Below are positions 10,606 through 24,660 of a DNA stretch of 64,000 nucleotides, one piece after another. Numbering within the stretch: the first letter of the stretch is position 1; each line of letters opens with the position of its first letter. This DNA is from Nitrospirales bacterium (GTDB lineage: Bacteria; Nitrospirota; Nitrospiria; Nitrospirales; UBA8639). The position numbers and the translations under genes are program-made. Under the pieces are notes generated by a model, which was not told the DNA's origin, did not search any database, and saw nothing but the letters and a program-made list of their open reading frames with translations. The stretch is from NCBI GenBank assembly GCA_965203295.1, contig CBDBCZ010000017.1, forward strand, positions 2,240,001 through 2,304,000, given 5' to 3'.

Positions 10606-13522
10606 GTCGGACATTTTTACAGTACTTCTGAAATTTTTATGATATGTAATTATTTTTACAGGAATTTCTGTGGGCCATATGAGTATTATGTTTCCAAAAT
10701 GTAGACATACATGTGCAGGAGGGTTGAGCCCCCCCCCCCCCCCCCCCCCCCCCACACACACACAAAAGCAACCTGGATTGATTTTAAAATTTCCTTCACA
10801 CCAGTTGGTACCCATCTAGTGTCTAGTGCAACGTAGCCTTGTCTCCATACACGCACACACACACTTTTAGTAGCTGTACCCACCCCTGTGATGTGACACT
10901 CGTTAATTGCATTCAGCCTGCTATGAATACTACAGTATATGTGTGTACATATTGTTATTCTTGGTCCTGTTTTAGGACAGGATGTTGTGGAACAAAGAGC
11001 AAGAGCAGGAGAGGATTCTGAAAGCAACTCTTTGCTACGTATACATGATGCCCTTATTGAGAAGGTATATTAAATATGTTTTACTCATGGAATCTCATTC
11101 TAGCTACATCCCTGGCCCTCCTACATGCAGGCCAAAATAGATAGCACAGGATAGTTGCTCTTGGTGTCGTAGAACACATTATTGTGATGCATATTTTGTA
11201 TTAAGTGGTTTATTTTCCTTGCTGGCAAACTTGCTGTATACACTCGAAAAGATGGTTAGTCTGAGTGGGCCATCAGCCTGTTCTGATCATTGGCCCTTAC
11301 TTACATGTACATGTACATGTATGTACACAGCTGACTATGTACATACACACTGCTAAAAATAAACGGTTATTTTGACAACGGTTTGGATATTGGAGTTGCA
11401 TCTACATGTATGTTGGTCTCATTTTGTCCATTAGGACAATCACTGCATGTCCTGCCCTTTTGGTAAATCTAACTCTTACTGTAGTTCCCAAAACAGACCA
11501 TAAATTGTATGACTATCTGCCCACTAGTGTATATACGTAGGTCAAATGTTTATCACAATTGCACTTTCTGGCTATATAATCTGTGTAGTACAAATGCTGT
11601 CACAAGTCACGATTTTTGCTTAATTGTTGCTACAGGCCTTCAACATGTGACATGATCTCCCCATACTATGATAGCAGTGTAAGGTACTACAATCAGTAGA
11701 GCTTTGTTCTTTTGTCTTGACGATATGACAGATGGCAACTCCAGTAACCAAACCATTATTGAAACAACCTTTTATTTTTGGCAGTGCATGTATCTGCTTT
11801 TCAAGGTTTGGGTACTGGTTTCTGAAATTACCAGTTACATACATATTCAGACTACATGCCACGTTTTACAGGATTATCAAGTGCAGTGTCTAACGGACAG
11901 AGTCTGTAGGCTGGCTCTGTTTGAGTCTGAGAGCCAAACAAAAGTTGCTATTATAGCTGAACTAAGGAAAGAACTGGCTGCTTACAAGAAGAACCCAATG
12001 GCTAAAGATCTGAGGTATGTAAATTATGTTGAAAGCAAGGCAGAAATATTGTAGAGACTGCATATAGCTCTGAACTATTCCTATACTCTGTCAAAGCTGC
12101 GTATGGGCATCATGCGTATGAAACACACACACACATTTTCCATCTTAGCTTGTAATAGGCTTTACTAGTTTTGGATCACTCTCTGCTGCATACTAATCAT
12201 TGCATGTTTAACTGCTCATGTTACGTATAGTTGTGGTGCTTTCACAGTTAGTTTCAAAGGAATGTATACAATGTTTTGCATACGTAGCTATGTTTCTATG
12301 GAGGAGCACCTGGAATCATGTGAAAGTCGTTTACAAGGAATGATATCTGGTGTAGAAATGCTGAAGAAACAGGTCTGTATCACTTCAGACTGCCAGTATA
12401 AACCTGTATGTATGTACGTACTTACGTACATGTATGTATGTTAATTACACATTTGGTCAACAGCATGGGCAGGTGCATGTTGAAACTTACTTGCATACAA
12501 AGCATGTGGCATACTACGTTCTACTGTAGACCACACGTTTATCCAGAAAGGAGAGTCTGTGTCTACAGTACCATTCATACACTGCTATACATGCAGTATG
12601 TTAGAGCAAGTATGACTGTCTCATATTATGTCTACACTGCTGTACATGCAGCATGTTGACTGTCATGTGATGTGGCTCAGCTTTAATGTGAAACGTGCTA
12701 CGCAACATGCTTCCTTGGCAGTATTCTATTACCATAAGAGTGTATGGAACTTGTGAATAGTTATCTTTAACAGCTAGCTGACACTGAGAGCCAACTGCAG
12801 TCTGCTACTAGCCGTAGCTCTTCACTCCGGAAAGAGCGGATGGGCAAGGATGCCACTGTGACTTCACTGACTCATGAAAACCGGAGATTACAGGAGGAGA
12901 GCAAACTTTCTGCAAGGCGCTCCTCTCAACTGAAACAAGAGTGTAGAGAAAGACGTACATCTAATGCTTCCTTTCAAAAGCAGGTCAGCATCATGTGCAC
13001 TGTATACATACGTGTGTCATGTACATAACATTGGGTATGGTGATTCTGTGCACTTACAGCTCTTGTATGCATGTACGTCTATGTTTGCACTGGGGCAATG
13101 TACATGTTCACACCTTCCGGATTTTAAAGGTATTGTTAACTTGAAGGCCTGGTACTCGGGCAAAAACCCGGGACTATTTATTTGAATTATAAGTGCCCAG
13201 TTACGCTGGGAGTTGAACCCATGCAGGACCTTCTGATTGCTAGTCAGTAGGCAAGTTTTATACGTAGCTACTAAACCCACTAGAAGCACTCGCCAATATG
13301 ACCTGCCAATTCTAACTGTAATTACTCTCTTAAGATAGTATCATGCAGCACCCATGTATGTGTTGCTGCTCTCTTCTGTTATTATGTTTCATTTTGCATA
13401 CATACAACAGGTGAAAAGTTGACAGAACTAAATAATGATCTTCAAAGGTAAATGTGTAGAAAGTAACTGTCAATTATTGGAGTATGGAGAAACAGGATGT
13501 TCAAATCATATGTAGTATTTAA

Positions 13523-13665
13523 CTCTTTACCAACCAATGACGCATATATGTGTCATGAGCTCCCATAAGCCCATATGAATTTATATGGGGGTTTTAATAC
13601 TTGGCGTTAATACTTTGTACAGGATTTTCTGCTTCTTTGAGCTATTGCTTATGGTTGGTAAAGGG
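13523..13665. mobile_element. piggyBac-like MITE, 143 bp
   Basis: TTAA|CTCTTTACCAACCA...TGGTTGGTAAAGGG|TTAA, TIR match 13 of 14. It is absent from copy 3, which has a single TTAA at about 52893. Confidence 0.8.
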
Positions 13666-16600
13666 TTAATATGCTTTCAACACTTGATATGCTGTGATTC
13701 ACTCTCACTTGCTGTCAGTGAGTATGTTTTGAGCTTGTAAAGTACAGTAGAACAGTAATGCAATTTCACCGGTTTCCAAAGCTATACTTCCAGCTGCTGT
13801 GGTGCATATGTATATGTGTGGGTGTTCAAACTTACGTAACAATAGATGTTAGATTTATGCACCGTGTACTGTCTTCTTTGCTACTGTACATGACTGTGTA
13901 TTAATACATATTTGTAATATGATTTTGCGAATGATATTCAGCTTCCTGTTCTTTAGAGATTAAAACAAAGCCAAGCTAATGAAGAGAAGCTCAGCGGTAA
14001 AACTTACCAAGAAGATAAAAGACGATGCTGCTGCTAAACAGGTAAGTAGTATTAAATTGAAACCACATGGCTGTTTTGTAGGTTTATCGTTCATGTATGT
14101 AACACTGTCAAGCTCTCATCTTCTCATTAGGTTGACAGCTTAAATCACAAGATTTTTTAGAAGACCAAGTTTCTGAAGCAAAAGAGAGAGAGAGTAACCG
14201 TACTTGTCAATGCGAAACATAAAGGTACACATGCGAATATCCTTTTGTAAAATACTCTAATGTACTAGGCCGGGTTACGTACATCATATAACATTGATCG
14301 GTTGTTGGATAACAGTATGAATATGTACTCACCAACTGCTTTCAGGCTATGTTTGTCCATTACGAGGTGAGAAACATGTTGACCTCCAGTGATAATAGAA
14401 TGAAGAAATATACTCTATGACAGCTTTTCAATCTCATGAATCACTACTGAGAGCCACAGTCATGCCCATTGCTACATGGTGTGAGATTATATCGCAGGCT
14501 GGCTGCTTGAGAATAACTTGTTTATGCTATGCATATGTCATTGTGTATGGGTGCCGGTGTTATGTATACCCCTGTCGCGTGTGTATGCCTCTTGTGCATA
14601 CAGATGTCCACTTTATGTGAGCAGCTGGTTACACTAGCCTCCAACGGGCTGTCTCAGAGCACTAACATCAGCCCCGAAGCAGCTACTAGTGCTGTGACAA
14701 CACTGGTGGAGGAGAACACACATCTGAAAGAGGACATTGAAAGAGTGACTCAACAACTACAGCAGGTTTGACTCTTGCCACATGGAGTTGTGTGTTTCTT
14801 GATGCTACTCCAGTAATCTACATTTCCATACACCATGTATGCAGAAAAACAGTGTACATATTTATTGTATACATATATACCTACATCATTCATTCATTTC
14901 TGGAGCACTGTGTTCTGCAAAAAATCAGCAACACACTGTATAAGTGTATAAGTACGGCAAAGAAGCAGAGGTGCAGGTGTATACGCAGGAAATATGGTTA
15001 AGAATCATTGCTGTTGTTGCTGGTGGTAATAGAAAATCTCTCTGCATAAACAAACTGATTCATGCATCATCGAACACACTTTGGGAAGTAAAGGTTCCAT
15101 AGCCTGCTGCATATATATTGAGATCTACGACTGAAATATTCCTTAATCTTTAGTATAATATACACTCCAGGCCCTATGTTATGGCAGTACTATAATTATA
15201 GTAACTACGTATACAGGCACGTATATATTTTAGTTACTGCGTATATGTACATGTACGTATAATGTGTTTATTGCCACTTCCTGTATTTCATACAGCTGCA
15301 AGACAGTCATTCTGCTGTGTGTTCTGGAGTTCATGGTGTTGTTGAGTGCTTTCTGGGAATGAAGGTGATGCACTTCATTGTAGTAGTAACTTGCATGTAA
15401 AAAGTTTTAATAATATATGGTTAAACAGAAGATCTGGTACTTTGCTAGCCAAGGGCACATTTATGAACCCAGAAAAAGTGTCAACTTTTTCTGATTCTAT
15501 ATTAGTACCCAAAAATCCATATACATTCACATTGAACTATATTGGAGAAAACCTTGCCTGGTTAAGAGCCGGCTAGCTAGCTTGTAAAGTAATGAAAAGT
15601 GTGTGGATGGTGAGATTTCTATGTGATAGATACGTTTCTACCATACACATATTCAGTTTGTTTAAAGCAGGAGATTATTCAACCTAATTAAGTGTCTATA
15701 ATTTTATAGTGGTTTCATGGTATAAACAGTTTATTTTACTGCTTCTAATTCTCTACCTTCAACATACCTACATATTTCCATAGAGTATACATGTATGAGC
15801 ATACATATGCCCACTCCTATTCACAGCCTACGTAATCGAAAATGACTGCCCTACAATTTTTTTAAATTAAGCCAATATTGTTAAACTATGTGCTGTCAAG
15901 ATGACACCTTTCTGTTACAAGTATCATATGTGCTCTCATCTAAAGACCACATGCACCGTAACATACCCCACAATTAACCCCACAATAAACTGACAATTGG
16001 AGTTTGGCAACGTACTGGAGATGGGTTTGGCTCTGCTATTGACTGAAGGTTAGAATCATAAATTCCACCAGTTTTAAACAAATTTTGAATGACTCATGAA
16101 ATTTTTCATGTTTTCATGTATCAAACGAAAAGAACAGCTGGATACTAAATGTATTGTTCCCAGGCCAAAATACACATACACACATACACACATACACATG
16201 AGCTACATATATATGTAACTGAGGTTCCATGCTGCAACACAACATGAGAGTAGGTGCTACATACTACATGTAGCCTCGTTCCTAGGCTCTACTTCCCAGC
16301 TTTTGTTTTCGCACGTAATAATTATTTTACTATGTGCGAAAAAAACTGGGAAATAAGTAGATATGGTTGTCGAGAATGCATCAAAAGTGCAGAAACTGGA
16401 ATGAATACGCCTATATTATACCCATAGTAATCCTGGTCATGCTGGTCACAACAGTTGTGAATATGTAAGTATACTTCTACAGGTTGTCTCGTATTGAAAT
16501 AGAGCACAGTGAAGCCCTCTCTGGGGCTGTGGCTGCAATGAAACAGGATGAAGAGCAGAGGCTACTAAAGGTTGTAGAGACGACTAAACAGGAGGAGCAA

Positions 16601-17040
16601 GTAAGTGACATACAATCATTGTAATATGAGCATATCTCAGACTGGATATTGCATACTGAGTCATGTACAATGCAAGCAGAACGTTAATAGACGGATGCTC
16701 AGATTTGGTGTGTACGTACATGTAGATTAAATGTGTGTGGCTTGCAGAACAAAAATTAATAACCAATATTAGGGAATTTTTCGGCCTTTTACAAGTCTGA
16801 TTCAGAATAAGCATATCTTCTTTAGCCTAATTGTGTTTCCGAGAGTTTCTTGTACCCATGCAAGTGTTACTAGTGTTGTCCCAGTAGATCAAAGGCATTA
16901 GTGTGCTGGACAAAAGTGTTGTCACTGTTACATGTACATGCAAACATTCTCAAAACTGCCTACCCAAACCTTAACTCAAAGCCGCTTTCCTAATGTCGAG
17001 AATAGCAGTTTGGAATCTACGTATTTAGCTAGTAGCATCT

Positions 17041-17108
17041 TAGTCTATCGAGCTAGACCATCCTCTATGCTTAGCTAAGCGCAGAGGAGGGTCTAGCTCG
17101 ATAGACTA
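17041..17108. mobile_element. 68-bp palindromic mini-element with 9-bp TSD (also at 30174-30241 and 56250-56317)
   Basis: TAGTCTATCGAGCTAGACC(A/C)TCCTCT...AGAGGAGGGTCTAGCTCGATAGACTA, flanked by the direct repeat GTAGCATCT. Confidence 0.85.
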
Positions 17109-20100
17109 GTAGCATCTAAAAAGATACTTGGCTGCTCTTCTAAAACGTGTAATGAAGCAGTAAGGGAATATGGGGTTTAAGTTGAGGTCTGGTACTAATG
17201 GTCTGAATGAAGAGTTAGGAAGATAAAAATGATGATAGGCAGTGTTGGTTATGTGGGAAAGAATGTGAGAGTGTAGTTCACGTGCTCCGACCGGCAATTC
17301 ACAAGGACTGGGCACTCAATAGATTGAGTTTTTTTTTGGTTGAGTGGCTAGCCAGCCCTCTGTGATGGTATCAATAACGTCTGATCAAGTGGCTGGTGAA
17401 GTAGTGTCGACATGTTAATATCTACTTGTCTTTTATGGATTGTATAGAATGTTCACTTATGTTACAAAGATAATTTAATTCTATAACTAATGTAAGAAGA
17501 AAACTAGGAGAATAATATGGAGAATAGCAAAAATCTCAAGCCTGTTAGGCATTCCTTTTCTCATCAGGATATTCTCAGGATCATGAACAGCCCCAACATA
17601 GTAGTATACACGTATGTATGTATCTATGTCTGTTACCAAGATGAGCAGCACTAATCCCTTCATCTTGAAGCCCTCTAACTTGGTTGGCCATGATGCTAGT
17701 GTGTGTGTGTGGTGATGGCTGATACGTATACCTATTTTCCATTATGAAAGGAGAAAACAGGCTTTTACTCCCCCAATGGACTGGATGATCGGTGTGTTGT
17801 TGCCCTTGATCATAGTGTTTATCCACCACTGGGCCAAAGTGCTTTACTAGTGATCCTAGTAGTTTATGTATATGGACAATCTTCATTCTCACCTTACCTG
17901 CCACGCTAGAATTTTTCATCTGAAAGCAAGGATCTCTCCTGGCAGGCTGCTGGTGAATCACAGCTACACTAAATTGACACAGTATCCAGGACCATAGTCT
18001 GCTGATATGTGATACTTAGTCTACAATGAAAATGGCACTTCCCAAACAATTGAGTGCAACCTTGAGAATGGAATGTAGTGCATATGGGTGCACTCATTCC
18101 CTGGTTCAACTCCGCTGTTATTATTCACATACATGTAGTAAACACACATACATGTAGTAAACAGCACCTTTTGGCATTCTGTAAGCCACAGCAGCTGGGG
18201 TGGAGGCCAGGAACGGAGCTACGTAGGAATGTCCTTTTTTTTTAGTAGACAGTGTCAAAGTAGTGCAGGTATTTCCTCTTATATTAAGGGGAGAAAAGAG
18301 TGTAGGGATACACAGTCAAGGGGTTACTTTTTAGAGAGTGTAATCTTCTTCTAAACCCCTTCCCAATTACCTGCCTGCAATAGCCAAATACTACATGTAA
18401 TAGTAAGTCCTGTGTACCATTCCCAGACCAGTAGTTCTTATATCTCGTGTGCCCAGACCTACTAATTATAATCACAAGTGCTACGGATACAAACCTGCTG
18501 TCTATGAGCTTCATCCACATGTAGTTGTGATTAGCAATCTGCCACATTTGAATATATTTATTGCTGTATATTTAACCTATAGAAGAACTCAGTTTTAGAG
18601 TGATTGTTGTAAGCAATGCAGGAGATATATCAAAAGCAATTAGAGGAAATGAAGATACAACTGGAGCATGAAAAGGACGTTTCTCTGGAGGAAGAAAAGA
18701 GAAATACAGCTACTGTGATGGAGGAGCTGGAACAAGTAAAACAGGTACAACACAGCTCGTAGTATGTGCAGACAAACACCGGCCTGCACTACTGCATATT
18801 AACCTGGAGTGCATGACCTCTCCCAATATCATTATACAAGGCAAGAACGTTCGTGAAGTAAGTAGTTTAGACTGTACATAGTTATGTATGCAATTTTCCT
18901 AGTAGCTGTCTACTACTGCAGCTATTTATCCCAATATTTAGTGAAGATTAATACTGCATTTCACTTCCAGGATAAGGAAGAAATGGAATTGGAATGTGAG
19001 GAGAGGAAGGCTCTTCAACTGAAGCTGGTAAGCCACATCTACCTTTGAGTATATCACTTCTGTCTCAGTACTGACTGCAATCAGCACAACTGTGCAACTT
19101 GTAGTGTGTACCATTCTTTACTTAAAAGGCTTCTTCATTAAGACTAGGTGTTTGGAGCTAGTAACTTTGAAATAGAATTAATGCTAACTAGAGGTCTTCA
19201 AGAAGACATACCCCGCGCTGAATACTGAGACATAGGGCTAGCTGTGAATTACAGTCAATATTCCAATGGTTTTACAGTAGTGTCTGCACGTAGCTACGTT
19301 ATTATGCACTACTAATTCAGTGTCCAGAGTGTCTGGAACTACATGTACGTGTACTACAGCTTCTGTTATCTTGTTCACTATGTAATGTCAGTAATGACAG
19401 GACTCTTCAACGACAATGAGCATATGTACATGCCGCAAGATACAGAGTGATAGACGCAAACAGTTACGTACTTGTAGAAGCTGTGGGCATATATCTATTC
19501 TCATTGATGGGTCGACACTTAATTACGTGTCTATGATAATTATAATAATAGTGCGCATGTTCTTTGACCTGTCCCTAGTGGTACAGACATGCGGAAGTTG
19601 GCGAGAGTAACTGAAGTTTGAGGTTTATCACAAGCTGTATTGCTTTGGAGAGACACTCAAGATCTGGTGTATGATTTAACCTTCCGTCTCAGTCTATGAA
19701 ACTGGCCTCCGATAGTCACTTGGTCTTGTCACGAGACTAGTCCTCTAAACGATTGATGTCCCAATAACACAATCACATATTTGGATCTGCCCAGCAAGCT
19801 ATAGGTGTGTCCCATTGCTGTATTAGCCAATACTGATAATCAGAAAAAATAAAAGCTACAGAAAATAGAATTACTTTGTGCTTTACCAGATTATATACAA
19901 GCTAAAGTATGATGAATTTATTAAGTTAATTCATGCTTTGAAATCATATACATGTAGCCTCTAAATCGCATATCATGAAGATATTTTAATATTTTTATGT
20001 CATTGCTTAACCCCCACTTGTGCATGTTTGGCGCAGGGTATTATTATTTCCATACATGACAGGGTATATAAGCTTGCACATTATGCATCCTGGACTTACA

Positions 20101-21439
20101 TTTATTTCAAAGCTGCGTAATAGACACCCACTCTGACTAAATGTTACATAATACGTAATATATCACCTGACAATACCATTTTTTTGTGCTACAGTGCACT
20201 TTTACGTGTACGTACTAAGGGCACTTATTAACCAACCAAGTGTTTCCACACAGGAGAATCTGGAGGAAAGTCTGAGAGAACTTGCAGTGAGCAAATCAGA
20301 AGCTCTTGACGTTGCTGAGATGCAAAAGATTACATTAAAAGAAAAATTGCTTGCGGAAATCGCTTGCTATGAGGTAAGCAGTGTACCGGTATCATGTATG
20401 TGTACTTGTAGAGTGAATAGAAAAGGTGTGCAATGTCCAATCTAACTGCACAATTTAACAACTGATTGGAAAACAGAGTTGTTGCTGGTGGCAGCTGTTG
20501 GTTGACACGGGTCAAAATCATGGACCGTATCTTTCCATTGGTAAAGTCATGTACATACATACTTTTTCATATTGTGGTCTGGATGTTCTACATGTGCAGG
20601 AACAGTCTGACCAGTATGCAGTCACTATAGCTACAATGGAAGAAAAGCTACTGACCCTAATGAAGAAGTCCCAACTGTTAGAAAAGAAGAATGAGAGCCT
20701 GTAACAGCAAATGGCTTTGCATCAGCAAGAAGCCAGTAATTCAGAAAAGAGAGGCACTGCTACATGTACAGGTAATAATGAATGTGTACATATCTATGGG
20801 TACCAATACAGACATTCATTGCAGTATGGATACTTGAATCTAACGCTCCATTTTGCGTTCATGATCATGGACCATTGATCCTTGCACATGTGTAGGTATG
20901 TTCATAGAGCGCACTGCCCAGAGTTGTGACCATAGGCAAACATTCTGTTTTCAACTTGGGTCATTTGTGGTGCACGTACGCGTAGCTTGCTATGCATGTT
21001 TTAATTGAATGCGTGAAAAATCTCCCGATACAACAATACATGTACATGTAATAAAGGCCTAACTAGTTCCACTACTTTAGCTAGGTAGCTCAGAGTGGGT
21101 TATGAGGTGACCATGGATCTGAGTCCAGATAACATGTGCATGTACAGAGGGGAGTGGGGGTTTACAAGAAATTATTTCGAAATTCTCTTGCATGGGGGCA
21201 TACTCGCCCGTATGAAAGCCTTTTGTGTGTGTGTGTGTGCGTCTAATATCACAATTTGCTATTCATTCTTCATCAGTAGCAATCAGCTGCTGTCTCCTTG
21301 TTCTTGCGCAGGAGTGTCTTTTGCAGTTCCAGGAAATTGTCCAGCAGTTTTCTCAGCAGGGATTGATCTGCAAAGTAAAATGAAATGCACACCTCCAATT
21401 ACCATTCTCATATACATTAAACAGGCTGTGACATACTCA

Positions 21440-21785
<346 letters not shown>

Positions 21786-22819
21786 AATCACAATTTTCGT
21801 TTGAAAAATCACAATTTTCGTTAAATAGAAGAAAATATAAGTTAAATATCACGGTTATACTTAAATACTTGCAGCAGTGCATGCTATTATGTAGATGTGT
21901 GGTATATTGTCAAATCAGTGTGACCATAGTGCCTTCAACTGACGTGATCTTCATTAGCTCCCAGCATTAAAAAGCCAAACTTGTCAACATGTTGAATACA
22001 ATTTTATGTACACATCATCAGCTTAATCGCAACAGTTTATTTTGCTTGTAAAACTGTGTTTGAAGTGTTCCTGTGAAAAAAGCATCCCTGTTTTTAGTGT
22101 TCCCTGGATGGGTATCAGTGATGGGGCCAGAGTGTGGGTGGGGCTTTACCAGATGAAGATATTTTGCATTCTAGCTACAAATGTTAAATTTATGCATTAT
22201 TAAGCAGAGGGCATGGTGTATATTTGTTCCGTGCAATCTAGGAATTTGCGTAATCTCGAGATTGTGTTGCGCACTCTCGGAATCCTTAAATTGCGTTCCA
22301 AGCTACTCAAGATTTAGAATGGACACATTTATGCTCCTAGTGCATGCTTGTGCAGTTCATGCAATTTCCAGTTGGGTTAGACTACTGTGGTTCTCTTTAA
22401 TTGATGATGTGGGGATATCAACTTTGGCTACCACATTTGGGTTTTGATGGCTCCAGATTGCATGCAAATTAACATTTCTGGGGGAGTATACGTATGGCTG
22501 AGACTGCCAATGCATGCATGCATCGATCGTTGCCCCGACCCCACAACAGCACAGCCACCCCCTACAAAGAACACGTAATCCTGGGGTGTAGTACTGACCT
22601 TCATCTGTGAGCTCTGTACATATACATGCACCTAGACGAGCCCATGCTTATGAACAGCTCTGGTATGTGTACCTGAGAAAGTATAGCGGCCTGACAAAAC
22701 TATTGGTGACTCTATATAAGTCGAAGAGACAAACAATTTGGAACAGGTTCTCACATTAGCACACTAACTAAATCCCTACTGTTGGGTTTAGCAATCACTT
22801 CTTCTTGTAAATGGGACTG

Positions 22820-22900
22820 CTGGACAGAGACAGACACAGACAGACAGATAGACGGACAGACCCAATTGCTTAACCCTGCCACACGCATGTGGGGTAATGA
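22820..22900 (-). repeat. Remnant terminus of a small DINE-1/HINE-like non-autonomous element ((GACA)n tract plus AACCC..GGGGTAAT); also at about 35540-35620 and 61790-61867
   Basis: (GACA)n microsatellite adjacent to TTAACCCTGCCACACGCATGTGGGGTAAT. A related motif is at about 33118-33178. Assignment is by resemblance only. Confidence 0.4.
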
Positions 22901-24055
22901 CCCTTCTCCACCCAGTTAAGCTGTATTGATCACAAAACGCTGCATCACTTGAGGTTATTGCACTGCTTTCGATTGAGTATAAAGCAGCTACATGTAGTTG
23001 AAGATCTTCTAAAAACACCAACTACATGTACATTGAATATGCCTGTATGTCTTTGATGAGTATTTCCTTCACTAAGTACTCAGATAAGTACTGAGTGACT
23101 GATTTTTCATTCCAAACAGAATGTCCATTACAGGGTTCATTGCATCCTGTCACCATAACCCAGCATCTCAATGACCAAATTACAGAGTCGTCACTCATAG
23201 ATTAGGCAAACAGTCCAGTATTCAGTGAGCCTGATTCCTCCTCAAGATTGTATTAGCTTGTTGGTGCATGTTTGACAATGTACGTATTATACTTGAGTGA
23301 GCACACTGGCAAGGTTCCCTTTCAGCTGAGTGGGTGGGTTACAATTTACAAACTGTGCGGGGTCCTATGCTCAAGCGCTTACACCCTTTGTATGGTATGT
23401 TATACTTTTCATGTGGGTATCCAACTGAATGAAAGCCACTGAAATGTCACTGCAACTATGAATTTGTCTAGTGGTTCATGCGCTTCTGACGTCGAGAAAG
23501 ATTCCTGAGAAAGATTCCTGCATCGATGTACCACATACAGCATTATTTAGCAACACTACATGGTACTGTAGCAGATGTGAGTAGTATATTTGCAGATATT
23601 CAGTTAAATTGCTAACTAATTAAAGGTTTACCTAGAGATACGTACACGCAGTATAATGCCTCGCGCACGAGCATTCAGTAGGTGTGGTTTGGTAGCACGT
23701 GTTTACAATGTGTGAGAATTTGACAGAGAGAAAGGAGAGGTAGCTAAACGTGCATGAGAATTCGGCGAGTTCATCCTTCTCCAAAGGTGGAAATTAACGC
23801 GGTGGTTTCTCCAGCGAAAAAGAGCAACTGTTGTTAGCTAAAAAGCGCACGCACCTCTGGTCTTTTAGCTTCGATTTTGTATGCCGCTCGTTGCTTTCTT
23901 TTGCGTAGTGTAGCAAGATGCCTAGCCCTTTTCCCACTCGTCTCGCCAACGTTGTCGGACTCCGTGACTCGACTTTAGCCGACGCAACACGCCGGCCACG
24001 CCATGCGCAGCACGCAGTATAATTGCATTCCTAAGCGTGACACATGCATTTATAA

Positions 24056-24660
24056 TATGTTCCGCACGAACCAGGAATTCTAGAATCGCGCAATGCAAAC
24101 TAGAAATCCATACTTTGCCGCGCAATCCCAGGATTGCGCAGCCAATTCCACTTTTGAGCACATGTGATATTGACACTTCTTTAGCAAGCTATAAAAATGC
24201 CACGCTCGGTCAGTAATGCAGCGTCTCTGTGGCTTGCAAGCCATCAGTTTCATTCATCCGTCTTTATTGCAAACTGTAGATTGCCAGAATAATTTGACAA
24301 TGTAATAGTTGTGACAAATGGTTTCATTACAAATTTAATGTGTTGGTTTTAACATATATAATAGCAGACTATCAATAGTTGGCGATTGGTTTTGTAACCA
24401 CTGCCAGTAGTTTTTACTTTCAGCACTTGACTCTTTGTTTATCCCTTTGCTGTCTATACTTTGACGTTTCATGCACTTCATATCAAAATTCGAACTTTGT
24501 ACGAACGAATTTAGTCTACGCAATGCAGGGTTTGCGCAACGTATTCCAACTTTGCGCGAAAAACTGGGCAATGCTGGGATTGCGTGCCAAAGTACGGATT
24601 CCTACTTTGCGCAGCGCAATCCTAAGTTTGCGCAACTTCCTGGTTTGCACGGAACGTATA
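24056..24660. mobile_element. About 600-bp MITE-like element with imperfect TIRs and GCGCAATCC internal repeats (also about 63029-63654; left half deleted in copy 2)
   Basis: ATATGTTCCGCACGAACCAGGAA versus TTCCTGGTTTGCACGGAACGTAT, in TA-rich flanks. Confidence 0.55.

Larger units (their letters stand above)
10436..20771 (+). pseudogene. FHAD1: FHAD1-like coiled-coil gene, partial pseudogene copy 1. Exons include 10436-10566, 10981-11064, 11872-12014, 12288-12372, 12774-12983, 13411-13448, about 14625-14765, 16484-16600, 18622-18744, 18971-19027, 20254-20373 and 20600-20771
   Basis: Phase-compatible AG/GT exons give ALIEK|DYQVQCLTDRVCRLALFESESQTKVAIIAELRKELA and KLLAEIACYE|EQSDQYAVTIATMEEKLL. 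These resemble recalled vertebrate FHAD1 segments ([61 protein letters not shown]). No FHA-domain exons were seen; there is a frame break at 13411 and an in-frame TAA at 20702. Confidence 0.65.

Noticed and set aside
11348..11400. CACTGCTAAAAAT as a CACTA-type terminus
   Set aside because: No matching opposite terminus or TSD was found.
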